DNA of 64,000 nucleotides from an uncultured Candidatus Binatia bacterium. GTDB lineage: Bacteria > Desulfobacterota > Binatia > Bin18. The DNA lies in assembly GCA_965214605.1 (NCBI GenBank), contig OZ243961.1, positions 1,824,001-1,888,000 on the forward strand, in the 5' to 3' direction. Shown one piece after another: positions 17,780 through 28,076 of the stretch (position 1 is the first letter of the stretch; each line of letters begins with the position of its first letter). The position numbers and the translations under genes were made by a program. Below the pieces are notes generated by a model. That model was not told where the DNA came from. It searched no databases and saw only the letters and a program-made list of their open reading frames with translations.

Positions 17780-18610
17780 TCAGGCAATAACATACCCGCC
17801 GTTTGGACTCATGGTCTGACCGACCACAAAGTTCGACTCTTCAGAGGCCAGATAGATGGCCAAATTGGCAATATCCTGGGGTGAGCCAAACTGACCGGCG
17901 GGAGTCGCCATGGCAATGGCCCGTCGGACATTATCGTTCAGCCCGTCGGTCATGGGCGTATCAATATAGCCGGGTGCAATCGCGTTCACCTGTACCCCGC
18001 TGACAATCGCCTCACGGGCGAGCGCCCGGGTGAAGCCCAGAATGCCGGCCTTGGCTGCGCTGTAATGCGGCGCGCCCGCACAGCCCGTCATCCCGCAAAT
18101 TGAAGCAATGCTGATAATTTTGCCCGATTTCTGTTGGTGCATGATTTTGAGCGCCTCGCGACTACAATAAAACGTACCGTCAAGATGAACGCTCAACATC
18201 CGGCGCCATTCTTCGTCGGTCATATTTTGAGTGGCTTCAAGCGCGGTCTTGATTTTGCCCGTCTTTGCCAGCTCGGCCTGCTGCTTGGCCAAGACCTTGT
18301 TAAAATGGGCCCGAGCGGTTGGGTCATCCAGGCCAATTCCAGCATTATTGACCAGAATATCAAGCCGCGAAAAGTGCTTGGCCAGTTTGGCAAACATTTG
18401 GGCCACTTGGCGGCTTTTGGAGACGTCTGCCTTGAGCGCCAAGCCGTGACCCTGCTGGCCGCACTCAGCGATGACCTGTCGGGCGTTTTCAACCCGGAGG
18501 TCATTACACACCACGCTTGCCCCTTCTCGGGCAAAACTGAGACAAATCGCCCGGCCAATACCCGACGCCCCACCGGTAACCAGCGCCACTTTTCCGTCCA
18601 AACGTTTCAT
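17780..18610 (-). CDS. SDR family oxidoreductase (FabG-like) with an insertion after NNAG
   Basis: TGGASGIG, NNAG, YSAAK, NAIAPGYIDT. Confidence 0.92.
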   Translation of the reverse strand: MKRLDGKVALVTGGASGIGRAICLSFAREGASVVCNDLRVENARQVIAECGQQGHGLALKADVSKSRQVAQMFAKLAKHFSRLDILVNNAGIGLDDPTARAHFNKVLAKQQAELAKTGKIKTALEATQNMTDEEWRRMLSVHLDGTFYCSREALKIMHQQKSGKIISIASICGMTGCAGAPHYSAAKAGILGFTRALAREAIVSGVQVNAIAPGYIDTPMTDGLNDNVRRAIAMATPAGQFGSPQDIANLAIYLASEESNFVVGQTMSPNGGYVIA

Positions 18611-18622
18611 AGTTGCTCCTTA

Positions 18623-19765
18623 TCACGACTCCATCCAAAACGGCCCTGGATAGAGGGGCTGCGCTTCGGCCACCTGCGGCGGCCAGACGATTTCTTTGCG
18701 CCCGTGCTGCCATTGGATGACAAGCATCGGATGGGCGACCTGACGACCAGTTTTTCCATCAATGGCATACGGACCGTACAGAGTGGTACAGCGCAGCCGG
18801 CTGGCCGCTTCTCGCAGGGCGTGCTGATTGAGACTCCTCGCCTGTTCCACACAGCGCTGAGCGATGAGCCCGGCGGTATAGCCCTGGACCGCCGGATAAT
18901 CGACCGGCACCGTAGCGCTCTTGAGGTAATGGAACAGAAAAGTTTCTTCCGACGGTCCACAATCCGCGCTATAGCGGACCTGCGGCTCCCACTGGCTCGG
19001 CGCAAAAAAGCCGTTGGCCCCATCTTGTAGCTCAGCCTTAAAGCGGCTGATGGCGGCCACGACGAGGCCGGCAGCCTTGATCCGGGGTTTCAGCCCAGAC
19101 AACTGACGACCAAGGAGAATATCATCCTCTACCCGTCCCACGCTCAGCACCACATCCGGAGGATCAGCGTCAAGTGGTCCCAGCAGGGGACGAAAGTCTC
19201 GAATTCCAGACCGGTAGGTCTGGTCCAGGGTCAGCGTATAGGATTCGCGCTCTATCCAGCGCAACACGCCAGCGGCCATGTCTGTCGCAAATCCGGTCCG
19301 AGCACGAAACAGGGCAATCCGTCGGGCGGTCGGATCAAGAGCCTTGAGCAGCTCCAGAATGGCACACAGGTAGAGCGAAGCGGGTGTCAAGATACCAACT
19401 AACCAGGAGAGATTGCACTCAAAGATTTCGTCCGAGGAACCGCTGTGATTCCACACGACGGTCTGCCGCGCCTCAGCAACTTCCGCCGCGGCCAGGGTGA
19501 GTCCACTGCCATAGGGGCCGACTAGAAGGTTAACGTGATCCTGATCTATCAGCTTTTCAATGCAGGTCCGCACCTTTGCCTCATCGCTTTCATCGTCCTC
19601 GACCACCAAGGTGATGGGGAGCGGCGGTCCTTCGGGGCTGGCACGCACCCCGCCGGCCGCGTTCGCATCTCGGACATAGCATTCTAAGCCCTCCAGTACC
19701 TGGCGACCGAGCAGGCCGTAGCGTCCACTGAGCGAGACGGCAATTCCCATTGTGATATGTGGCAT
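18623..19765 (-). CDS. Branched-chain amino acid-type ABC substrate-binding protein, no signal peptide
   Basis: SLSGRY...G, DDES, GPYGSG, T.YGPY..D..G, IQWQ. It starts directly at the first strand of the binding domain. Confidence 0.82.
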   Translation of the reverse strand: MPHITMGIAVSLSGRYGLLGRQVLEGLECYVRDANAAGGVRASPEGPPLPITLVVEDDESDEAKVRTCIEKLIDQDHVNLLVGPYGSGLTLAAAEVAEARQTVVWNHSGSSDEIFECNLSWLVGILTPASLYLCAILELLKALDPTARRIALFRARTGFATDMAAGVLRWIERESYTLTLDQTYRSGIRDFRPLLGPLDADPPDVVLSVGRVEDDILLGRQLSGLKPRIKAAGLVVAAISRFKAELQDGANGFFAPSQWEPQVRYSADCGPSEETFLFHYLKSATVPVDYPAVQGYTAGLIAQRCVEQARSLNQHALREAASRLRCTTLYGPYAIDGKTGRQVAHPMLVIQWQHGRKEIVWPPQVAEAQPLYPGPFWMES

Positions 19766-19776
19766 GTGGCTTCCTC

Positions 19777-20841
19777 TCAGTACTTGGCAATCACCTGGCG
19801 ACTGAACTCCTCAATCATCCGCCGACCGTCGTTCACGACCTGAATCGCAATCTGCTTCAGCCCAACGGCCTCTAAGGCTTTTAGGCGAGCGATGATTTCT
19901 TCCCCGGTTCCAGTCAGCGAAAAGCCGCGGATGAGCGTCTCGTCCAGATATTTTTCCTCGCCCGGTTTCATATAGATCAAATGGCCCTCGTGGATCTCTA
20001 GATACAGCCGGTCGACCGGTGTGCTCAGACCGGCGACGTATTCTTGATCGTAGCGCTCATACAGCTGTTGCAGAGCGGAGGGCAGATCGGCCGCCACCGC
20101 AGAGCGCTCCCAGAGGGCGTGGAGGGCGACAAGCACGAACGGTCCGACCCGCTCTACCACGCGGGGCGCGTCCGCAGATTCCCCAGGCTGCAAGACACAA
20201 CTCGTCGTCAACATCGTATTGGGCAGCGCACTGGCTTGACGCCCGACCTTCTCCGCTCCGACCTGGACCTGAGCCAGGTTTTTCTGAAAGCTGTCCGGGT
20301 CGCTCAGGGTCGTAATCCAGCCATCGGCCAGCTCTCCGGTCAGAGCGAGGGCTTTGGGCCCATTGGCGGCGAGGTAGATCGGAATGGGAGCGTTGAGATT
20401 GATGTAGCCGTGGTCGGGATGCAAGAATTTAATCCAGCGCTGCTGCTCGCCGTCGCGATACAAAACCTCTTCGCCCCGCAGCAAGGCCCGACACTGCTGC
20501 GTGTGTTCACGGAGCACCCCAAGCGAAAGAGGCGGCAAACCCATAGTATTGCGACCGGTAAAGCCGGTGCCGAGGCCGAGAATCACGCGACCCGGAGCGA
20601 GATGGTTAATCGTCGCAATCGAATGGGCGGTCACGGGTGCAATCCGGTTACCGGGAATCGCCACTCCGGTGCCCAAGGTGAGGGTCTTTGTCTTCTCGGC
20701 GGCCAGGGCCATACACACGTAGACATCGCTGTACAGCATCTGTGAGTCATAAAACCAGGCGTGAGAAAAGCCGTGATCTTCGGCAATCACCAGGTCTTTC
20801 CAGGCGTCTGGCCGGGCGGGATAGGCAATCGCAAATTCCAT
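19777..20841 (-). CDS. LLM-class flavin-dependent oxidoreductase
   Basis: AEDHGF..WFYDS, LGTGVA, GRVILGLGTG, AANGPK..GELADG. Confidence 0.92.
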   Translation of the reverse strand: MEFAIAYPARPDAWKDLVIAEDHGFSHAWFYDSQMLYSDVYVCMALAAEKTKTLTLGTGVAIPGNRIAPVTAHSIATINHLAPGRVILGLGTGFTGRNTMGLPPLSLGVLREHTQQCRALLRGEEVLYRDGEQQRWIKFLHPDHGYINLNAPIPIYLAANGPKALALTGELADGWITTLSDPDSFQKNLAQVQVGAEKVGRQASALPNTMLTTSCVLQPGESADAPRVVERVGPFVLVALHALWERSAVAADLPSALQQLYERYDQEYVAGLSTPVDRLYLEIHEGHLIYMKPGEEKYLDETLIRGFSLTGTGEEIIARLKALEAVGLKQIAIQVVNDGRRMIEEFSRQVIAKY

Positions 20842-20867
20842 TTGGTCCTCCTTGAGGGGCGTTCAGC

Positions 20868-21476
20868 CTAGTCAAGATAGCCAAGCAACTCGGGGAGACG
20901 CTCAACGACGATATCGGCATCAACCGGCCAGTCCGGCTCACGTCCGTTGGTGAGTAAAACCGTCCGGGCTCCAGCCGCACGGCCGGCCTGGGTGTCATGC
21001 CGAAAGTCACCAACCATTACCAGCCGTCCCGGACCGATACCGAACCGTTGGGCGACAAGACGCAGGGCGGCCGGATCGGGCTTTGGCGGCGCGTCTTCCC
21101 GGGTGACTAAGAGGTCAACCCGAATGCCAAGCTGACGACACACCGCCCGCAGCGAGGTCCGACTGTTGCGGGTAATAATGGCCACCGGCAAAGACATGGC
21201 CTGCACCGTCCGTAAAGTGTGTTCCGCCCCATCATTCCACTCCACATGCTCCACCCCATCCTGCTCAAAGGCTTCGATTACGGCTTGGGCGCGTCCTCGC
21301 TCAGCCGGGGGCAGCCGACCTAGCCAGTCAAGAATGTCCTCGTCGGCAAGTCCCAGCCGGGTCCGCAGCTTAGCAAAGTCGAGATACGGCTTGGTCAGCG
21401 TGCTGTCGAGGTCAAAAGCTACAGCAGCCAAGGGATAGGGGTGATTCTGAATCCTGATGAAGTGATGAGCGTTCAT
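20868..21476 (-). CDS. HAD-family hydrolase
   Basis: FDLDSTL, ITRN, KPDP, MVGD...D motifs. Confidence 0.9.
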   Translation of the reverse strand: MNAHHFIRIQNHPYPLAAVAFDLDSTLTKPYLDFAKLRTRLGLADEDILDWLGRLPPAERGRAQAVIEAFEQDGVEHVEWNDGAEHTLRTVQAMSLPVAIITRNSRTSLRAVCRQLGIRVDLLVTREDAPPKPDPAALRLVAQRFGIGPGRLVMVGDFRHDTQAGRAAGARTVLLTNGREPDWPVDADIVVERLPELLGYLD

Positions 21477-21679
21477 GGCAAGGCCCGCAGGCAACGGACA
21501 GGCACGCTAGCCGCAGGGTACTGCTTCATCGCTGGAATGGCAACAAGGGGAATGCTGATGACCACGAAGGTGAGGAAGAGAGCATCGTTCACCTTGGAGG
21601 TCGGGCACGCTTGACGCTCGGGGCCGACTCGGTCAGGGTGGCGGTGGGAGAGGATGACCCACCGTTTGGGGAAGAACCT

Positions 21680-22888
21680 ATGACACGGAAGTTCGATGTC
21701 GGCATTGTTGGCGGGGGTATTATCGGTCTGGCCACCGGACTAGAGATCACCCGGCGCCTCCCCCAGGTGAAACTCGTCATTGTGGAGAAAGAAGAGCAGT
21801 TGGCCAGCCACCAGACCGGTCACAACAGCGGCGTGATTCACTCCGGCATCTACTACAAGCCCGGCTCTCTCAAAGCCCAGACCTGTGTCCGCGGATCCCG
21901 GGAGCTGATTGCCTTTTGTGAACGCCATGACGTTCCCTACGAACGCTGTGGCAAGGTAGTCGTCGCAACTTCGCCAGCCGAGCTGCCCCGCCTTGAGGAA
22001 CTCCATCGACGCGGAACGGCCAACGGGGTGCAGGGCTTGACAATGATTGGACCAGAACGCTTACGGGAGCTCGAACCACACGCTACTGGCATCAGGGCGC
22101 TCCACGTGCCGAGCACCGGTATTATTGATTTTCCTCGAGTGGCCCAGACCTATGCCCGACTCGTCCAGGACAGGGGAGGAGAAATCCTCCTCAAACACCG
22201 GGTTCAGGCGCTGCGCCACACCGAGGGCAAGCTAGTCCTGGAAACCACCGGCGGAGCTATTCAGACCACCTCTCTGATCAACTGTGGCGGGTTATTTTGT
22301 GACCGCTTGGCGCGCCTAGCCGGGGCTCAGCCCGCTTTACAAATCGTCCCTTTTCGGGGCGAATATTATACTCTGGCGGCCTCGCGTCATGGGCTGGTGA
22401 ACAATCTGATTTACCCGGTTCCCGATCCGGCTTTGCCGTTTCTTGGCGTGCATTTCACCCGGACGATTGACGGTATGGTTGAGGCGGGTCCAAACGCCGT
22501 CCTGGCCCTGGCCCGTGAGGGCTATCGCAAATCCGACTTCAACTGGAACGATACGCGGGAAACCTTGAGCTTCCCCGGTTTTTGGGCCATGGCCCGCAAG
22601 TATTGGCGGACCGGCTTAGGAGAGCTGTACCGCTCGTTCAACAAACGGGCGTTTCTCACCGCCCTGCAACGGCTCCTGCCAGACTTGAGCGAGTCCGACC
22701 TGCAGCCGGGCGGGAGCGGGGTACGGGCGCAGGCGATCGGTGCAAACGGTGCACTGCTCGACGACTTTGTGATCTCCCGAACCGGCAGTACGCTGCACGT
22801 TCTCAACGCCCCGTCACCCGGTGCGACCGCCTCGCTGGCAATTGGTCGGATGATTGTCGAGCAAGCCGTGCAGACGTTCGAGTTGTAG
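21680..22888 (+). CDS. lhgO: L-2-hydroxyglutarate oxidase
   Basis: GGGIIG, HQTGHNSGVIHSGIYY.PGSLKA, FRGEYY, PFLGVHFT, NAPSPGAT. Confidence 0.92.
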   Translation: MTRKFDVGIVGGGIIGLATGLEITRRLPQVKLVIVEKEEQLASHQTGHNSGVIHSGIYYKPGSLKAQTCVRGSRELIAFCERHDVPYERCGKVVVATSPAELPRLEELHRRGTANGVQGLTMIGPERLRELEPHATGIRALHVPSTGIIDFPRVAQTYARLVQDRGGEILLKHRVQALRHTEGKLVLETTGGAIQTTSLINCGGLFCDRLARLAGAQPALQIVPFRGEYYTLAASRHGLVNNLIYPVPDPALPFLGVHFTRTIDGMVEAGPNAVLALAREGYRKSDFNWNDTRETLSFPGFWAMARKYWRTGLGELYRSFNKRAFLTALQRLLPDLSESDLQPGGSGVRAQAIGANGALLDDFVISRTGSTLHVLNAPSPGATASLAIGRMIVEQAVQTFEL

Positions 22889-22943
22889 GGCCTGTCTCCC
22901 TCCTCAGGTGTTTCAGGAGAGAGAGGACGCCGCGCTCTGCGTA

Positions 22944-23453
22944 ATGGAAACAATGTTATACCAAGTCTTCATCGCTCTCGGTTCCAATCTTGGCGATCGG
23001 CAGTCATATTACCGGCGAGCTCTGGAGTGTATTGCCATCCTGCCAGGCACCGCCATCGTTCGCCGGTCTTCGCAATATGAAACCCAGCCGCTCGGTGCAG
23101 CGCTGACCTGGTATCTGAACGGGGTAATCGAAATCCGGACCGAGCTAGCGGCCGAGGCTTTGCTCGACCGGCTCCAAGCCATCGAACGCGCCTTAGGTCG
23201 GGTGCGTTCGGCCGTTCGCTGGACCTCCCGCACGCTGGATCTCGATATCCTGTTCTTTGGCACCGAGCTTATCGACACCCCTCATTTACACATCCCTCAC
23301 CCCGAACTGCACAAGCGGCGCTTCGTGCTCGAACCCTTATGTGAGATAGCCCCTCATTTCTATCATCCCCGTCTAGGACGCACAGTTGCCGAGTTGCTAG
23401 CCGAGCTAGACGATGAGAAACGCGTCATTAAGCTTCTCGCCCCCAGCCCATGA
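22944..23453 (+). CDS. folK: 2-amino-4-hydroxy-6-hydroxymethyldihydropteridine diphosphokinase
   Basis: IALGSNLGD, RTLDLDIL, IPHP..RRFVLEPL. Confidence 0.95.
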   Translation: METMLYQVFIALGSNLGDRQSYYRRALECIAILPGTAIVRRSSQYETQPLGAALTWYLNGVIEIRTELAAEALLDRLQAIERALGRVRSAVRWTSRTLDLDILFFGTELIDTPHLHIPHPELHKRRFVLEPLCEIAPHFYHPRLGRTVAELLAELDDEKRVIKLLAPSP

Positions 23454-23477
23454 TACGCCTTCCGCCATTCCGGCAGT

Positions 23478-23876
23478 TCAGGCCGCCTCTTCCACTAAGG
23501 CGGCCTCTACCCGCCGCGCCCATTCCCGCAACTGCCCGGCCCCCTCTTGAAAGTCCGTCAGGTCGCCCTTCAGGACCCGCAGGCGCTCAGTCTCTTCGAC
23601 TAGGTCGGCATACACGACGAGCAAGTTCTCAAACTGTTGGAGCGAGCTCCGGCCAGCGTAGAACCTCTTGACAATCCGGACAAAATCTTGAGCGCGTTCC
23701 AGAGGATACACAAACTCGGTCATCATCCTCGGCGTAATGGATCTACCATCCTCCAAAAAGCTGCCCATCTTATCGGTCATGGCCAGCAAGAGTTCGATAT
23801 GCGTCCGCATTAGCTTGCTGTATTTAAGCCAGTAGCAGCCGCTGAGGCTGAGACACAGGACGAACACACAGGCCAC
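23478..23876 (-). CDS. Hypothetical protein, probable lipoprotein (start uncertain)
   Basis: Hydrophobic stretch and LSGC lipobox, followed by a helical domain. Confidence 0.55.
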   Translation of the reverse strand: MACVFVLCLSLSGCYWLKYSKLMRTHIELLLAMTDKMGSFLEDGRSITPRMMTEFVYPLERAQDFVRIVKRFYAGRSSLQQFENLLVVYADLVEETERLRVLKGDLTDFQEGAGQLREWARRVEAALVEEAA

Positions 23877-24024
23877 GATCGCGGCGTTCTCGTACCGACA
23901 ATTGTGCCGGAGGTCTTGACGATCACAGAAAGCCAACCCTAACATAGGAAGAAGACCAACAGAGTGAGTGTGACCGAGACGATCGAACAGCCCTAGAACC
24001 GGGTCAAAGAGTGGGTATTTGTTC

Positions 24025-25509
24025 ATGTTCCAGCTTCCTCCGGTGTACTTCGAACGTCTGCTCGAAAGCTTCCCTGATATCGTCATCGCGGTTAATCGCA
24101 GAGGCCAGATCATCTTCTACAACGATGGCGCAAGCAAGACCCTAGGCTATAGCTTCAAGGAGTTACGGGAGGAGCAGCGCCGAGGCCGTCGGGTGATGCT
24201 GTATCCCAACTTGACCGAAGCCCGGCGAGTCCTAGAGGCGTTGCGCAGTGAAGAGTTTGACGAGAAAGGCAAGGTCAAAAATTTTGAGACCACGCTCGTG
24301 GCCAAGAACGGGGAACACATTCCCGTCTCGTTCTCCGGCTCGCTCATCTACAACGAGCAGGGAGAAGAGATCGGCTCAATTGGTTTTCACCGTGATATGC
24401 GCGGGATCCACCTGCCCCCAGAATACTTCGAACGTCTGCTCGAAAGCTCGCTCGACATCGTCATTGCGGTCGACCGCAGGGGTCAGATCGTCTTCTACAA
24501 CGACGGCGCAGAGCAAACGCTCGGCTACACGTCGGCTGAAATTCACGGCAAACGGGTCTGGCCGACGATCTATCCCAGCCTCGAGGAAGCGCGCCGCGTC
24601 ATGGCAGCCATGCAGAGCGAAGAAAACGGCGAAAAGGGCAAGATCAAAAACTTTGAAACAACCTTGATGTGCAAAAACGGCGAGCACATTCCGGCCGCCA
24701 TCTCCGGCTCGCTCATCTATGACAGCGGGGGGTATGAGGTCGGCTCGGTCGGCTTTATCAAAGATCTGCGCGACATCCGCCGCCGCGACCAACTCGCCAC
24801 CTTGGGCGAACTGGCAGTCGGGCTGGCCCACCGGATCAACAACCCGCTGGAGATCGTTTTCAATAACCTCGACGTCCTCAACAAACATATGGCCCAGGTC
24901 TTTCCCGACGAAGAATACGTTGTCCAGGAAGAGCGGGTGGAGTCTATCCAGCGTGAGCTGTTGAAGATCCGGGCGATTATCGGCCGCATCGACGAGATGG
25001 CTCACGGGGCGCGCTACGATACCACTGAATACCTCCATGGTTCGCGGATGGCCGACCTAGGCCGTGACGAACAGATTATCGCCCCCCACCATAGTCACCA
25101 GAAAGCCCTCAGTCAGGAGTTGGCCGGTCTGACAATTCTGGTTGTCGATGACGATCTCGGCGTGTGCTACTCACTGCGCGATGTCTTACAGGAAGATGGC
25201 GCACAGGTCGAAGTCGCCACCGGCGGCTTGCCCGCGCTCAATATCTTGACCTACAAAACGGTCGATATCGTCATCAGCGACGTTGTCATGCCTGATCTAG
25301 ACGGCTATGACCTCTATATGGAAGTCCGGGAGCGCTTTCCGGACACCCCGGTTGTCCTTATGACGGCCTATTTCTTTGACAAAGATCATGTGATCAAGCG
25401 CAGCAAGCTCGAAGGTTTGCAGGAAGTGGTGTTCAAAAAACCGCTTGATCCAGAGAAACTCAAGGAGATCATCCTGCAACGCTGTCGTCCCAAACGCCCG
25501 ACCCAATAA
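24025..25509 (+). CDS. PAS-PAS-HisKA-receiver protein lacking an HATPase domain
   Basis: Two near-duplicate PAS domains, H-box GLAHRINNPL, then directly a REC domain (VVDDD, ISDVVMP, MTAY, KKP). No N/G1/G2 boxes. Confidence 0.85.
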   Translation: MFQLPPVYFERLLESFPDIVIAVNRRGQIIFYNDGASKTLGYSFKELREEQRRGRRVMLYPNLTEARRVLEALRSEEFDEKGKVKNFETTLVAKNGEHIPVSFSGSLIYNEQGEEIGSIGFHRDMRGIHLPPEYFERLLESSLDIVIAVDRRGQIVFYNDGAEQTLGYTSAEIHGKRVWPTIYPSLEEARRVMAAMQSEENGEKGKIKNFETTLMCKNGEHIPAAISGSLIYDSGGYEVGSVGFIKDLRDIRRRDQLATLGELAVGLAHRINNPLEIVFNNLDVLNKHMAQVFPDEEYVVQEERVESIQRELLKIRAIIGRIDEMAHGARYDTTEYLHGSRMADLGRDEQIIAPHHSHQKALSQELAGLTILVVDDDLGVCYSLRDVLQEDGAQVEVATGGLPALNILTYKTVDIVISDVVMPDLDGYDLYMEVRERFPDTPVVLMTAYFFDKDHVIKRSKLEGLQEVVFKKPLDPEKLKEIILQRCRPKRPTQ

Positions 25510-25574
25510 TAGACCCCACAGTCCTCTCCCAGCCTCTCGCCAGTCGCGTCGGCAGTTGCCTATGGTATCCTATC

Positions 25575-25603
25575 TTGACGCCCTGTAGGTCGATGGATAA
25601 AAC
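25575..25603 (+). promoter_or_regulatory. Sigma70-type promoter of pckG operon
   Basis: TTGACG-17 bp-TAAAAC. Confidence 0.5.
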
Positions 25604-25661
25604 GGCTTTTTCACAACTTTTGTCTGTATCTCCTAAGCTCTAACAAGAGAGGACAAGGTTC

Positions 25662-27407
25662 ATGCCAACACCTTTAGAACAGTGGGTCGAAGAAACCGCC
25701 GCCCAGACCAAACCCAAACGTATCCACTGGTGTGACGGCTCTGAGCAAGAAAACCAGAACCTCATCGAAGACATGCTCGACTCCGGCACGCTGATTGAGC
25801 TCAACCGCAAAAAGTACCCCAACTGCTACCTGCATCGCAGTGCTCCTAACGATGTGGCACGTACCGAACACCTCACCTTTGTCAACACCGCCAAGCAAGA
25901 AGAGGCCGGTCCGAATAACAACTGGATGCCGCCGGCTGAGGCCAAAGCAACAGCCGGCGCGCTGTTTGCCGGCGCGATGAGAGACCGCACCATGTATGTG
26001 GTGCCGTACATCATGGGGCCGCAAACCTCACCCTACAGCCAGCTGGGGGTGGAAATCACCGATAGCCCGTATGTAGCCGCCAGCATGCGAATTATGACCC
26101 GGATGGGCAAGGCTGCGCTGGACCGTCTCGGCTCCTCCGACACCTATGTCAAAGGCCTGCACTCTCTGGGCGACCTGAGCCCCGACCGTCGCTATATCAT
26201 GCACTTTCCGCAAGAGCGGGCGATCTGGTCGATCGGCTCCGGCTATGGTGGCAATGCGCTGCTCGGCAAAAAGTGTTTTGCCCTCCGTTTGGGCAGCTAT
26301 ATGGCGCGTGAAGAGGGCTGGTTGGCCGAGCATATGCTCATTATCGGCATTGAAGAGCCCAGCGGCCGTACGACCTATATTGCGGCGGCCTTTCCGAGCG
26401 CGTGTGGGAAAACCAATCTCGCCATGCTAGTTCCCTCGGCCAGTCAGCAGGGCTATAAAGTCTGGACGGTCGGTGACGATATCTCGTGGATGAATATTGG
26501 TCCTGACGGGCGCCTGTGGGCGATTAATCCAGAGGCCGGATTTTTTGGCGTTGCGCCGGGCACGAACTCCCACACCAACCCCAATATGATGGCGACCATC
26601 GACTCCAACTCCCTGTTTACGAACGTGGCTCTGACCCCGGACGGCTGCCCCTATTGGGAAGGCATGGACGGCCCTGCCCCGCTTGAAGCCCTCGACTGGC
26701 GGGGCAGGCTGTGGACCCCAGCCAGCGAGACCAAGGCAGCGCATCCGAACTCCCGCTTCACCACCCCAGCGCGTCAGTGTCCAGTGATGTCACCAGAGTG
26801 GGAAAATCCCCAGGGCGTGCCAATTTCAGCCATTTTATTCGGCGGCCGTCGGGCTGGCCTGATCCCTCTCGTTTTTCAGTCCCTGAACTGGCAGCATGGC
26901 GTCTTTCTGGGCTCGACCATGGCGTCCGAGACAACCGCCGCGGCCACCGGCAAAGTCGGCGTGTTCCGGCGTGATCCTATGGCCATGTTGCCTTTCTGCG
27001 GCTACAACATGGGCGATTACTTTGGACACTGGGTGGATATGGGAACGCGGATCGCCAACCCGCCCAAGATTTTTCGCGTCAACTGGTTTCGTATGTCCGA
27101 AAACCACGACTATCTGTGGCCCGGCTTTGGTGAAAACCTGCGGGCCTTACGCTGGGTGTTAAGCCGGGTCCACGGCGAAGTCAACGCGCGTGAAACCGAG
27201 ATTGGCTATCTCCCCTACCCCAAAGACATTGATACCAGCGGTCTGGACGTGACCCCAGAGACCATGGAAGAACTCCTGTCGGTGGACCGTGAGGGTTGGA
27301 AACACGCGACAGAGGGCCAGAAGGAGTTCTTTGCCCAGTTCGGAGATCATATGCCTCGGGCCATGTGGCAGGAACACGAATCGCTGAAACGTCGTCTTGG
27401 CGTGTAA
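25662..27407 (+). CDS. pckG: Phosphoenolpyruvate carboxykinase (GTP)
   Basis: SGYGGNALLGKKC, AFPSACGKTN, VGDDI, NPEAGFFG, HPNSRF. Confidence 0.97.
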   Translation: MPTPLEQWVEETAAQTKPKRIHWCDGSEQENQNLIEDMLDSGTLIELNRKKYPNCYLHRSAPNDVARTEHLTFVNTAKQEEAGPNNNWMPPAEAKATAGALFAGAMRDRTMYVVPYIMGPQTSPYSQLGVEITDSPYVAASMRIMTRMGKAALDRLGSSDTYVKGLHSLGDLSPDRRYIMHFPQERAIWSIGSGYGGNALLGKKCFALRLGSYMAREEGWLAEHMLIIGIEEPSGRTTYIAAAFPSACGKTNLAMLVPSASQQGYKVWTVGDDISWMNIGPDGRLWAINPEAGFFGVAPGTNSHTNPNMMATIDSNSLFTNVALTPDGCPYWEGMDGPAPLEALDWRGRLWTPASETKAAHPNSRFTTPARQCPVMSPEWENPQGVPISAILFGGRRAGLIPLVFQSLNWQHGVFLGSTMASETTAAATGKVGVFRRDPMAMLPFCGYNMGDYFGHWVDMGTRIANPPKIFRVNWFRMSENHDYLWPGFGENLRALRWVLSRVHGEVNARETEIGYLPYPKDIDTSGLDVTPETMEELLSVDREGWKHATEGQKEFFAQFGDHMPRAMWQEHESLKRRLGV

Positions 27408-28030
27408 TGGCTATCCGCATTACCAAAGTCTACACCCGCGGCGGTGACACCGGTTTCACCAAACTGGTCGGAGGTCAGAAAGTTGCCAAAGACGCCGCTC
27501 GGGTCGAAGCGTACGGCACGCTCGATGAGTTGAATGCTGTCATTGGACTCGCCCGGGTCTTTAACGATGAACTCAAGGATCATCTCAAGGCGTCCAAGAC
27601 GCTGGACAAGATCTTTCGCCGGCTGCAAAATCAGCTCTTCGACTTGGGCAGTGAGCTGGCCACTCCGCCAGATTTTTCCTACCAGGACATGTTTCAGGTC
27701 GGTCAGCGAGAAGTCAGAGCCTTAGAGCGGACGATTGATCGGCTGCAGAAAGACTTGTCTCCGCTGAACTCTTTCGTGCTGCCCGGAGGCGGAAAAGTCG
27801 GCGGATTTTTGCACCAGGCGCGGACCGTGTGTCGGCGGGCGGAACGCGACATTGTGCGGCTGTCGCGGGAAGAAGCCCTCAGTCCCTGGCCCCTCAAATA
27901 TGTCAATCGCCTGAGTGATTTGCTGTTCGTGCTGTCGCGCTGGGTGAGCACCCATCTGGGCGAGCCGGAATATTTATGGGAGCGTGGCCTGCGCGGGCAT
28001 GAGAGAGCCAAGAGAGTGAAGAAGGGCTGA
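27407..28030 (+). CDS. PduO-type cob(I)alamin adenosyltransferase
   Basis: KVYTRGGDTG, YGTLDELN, RTVCRRAER, NRLSD. Coupled to pckG (TAATG). Confidence 0.93.
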   Translation: MAIRITKVYTRGGDTGFTKLVGGQKVAKDAARVEAYGTLDELNAVIGLARVFNDELKDHLKASKTLDKIFRRLQNQLFDLGSELATPPDFSYQDMFQVGQREVRALERTIDRLQKDLSPLNSFVLPGGGKVGGFLHQARTVCRRAERDIVRLSREEALSPWPLKYVNRLSDLLFVLSRWVSTHLGEPEYLWERGLRGHERAKRVKKG

Positions 28031-28076
28031 CCACGGCAAACGTGACGCGACCCACGCCCAGGGGAAAGGCGGAGCA

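Noticed and set aside
18134-19030. Long plus-strand ORF (likewise the minus-strand ORF 28733-29617 and similar)
   Set aside because: Antisense shadows of well-supported genes in GC-rich DNA.
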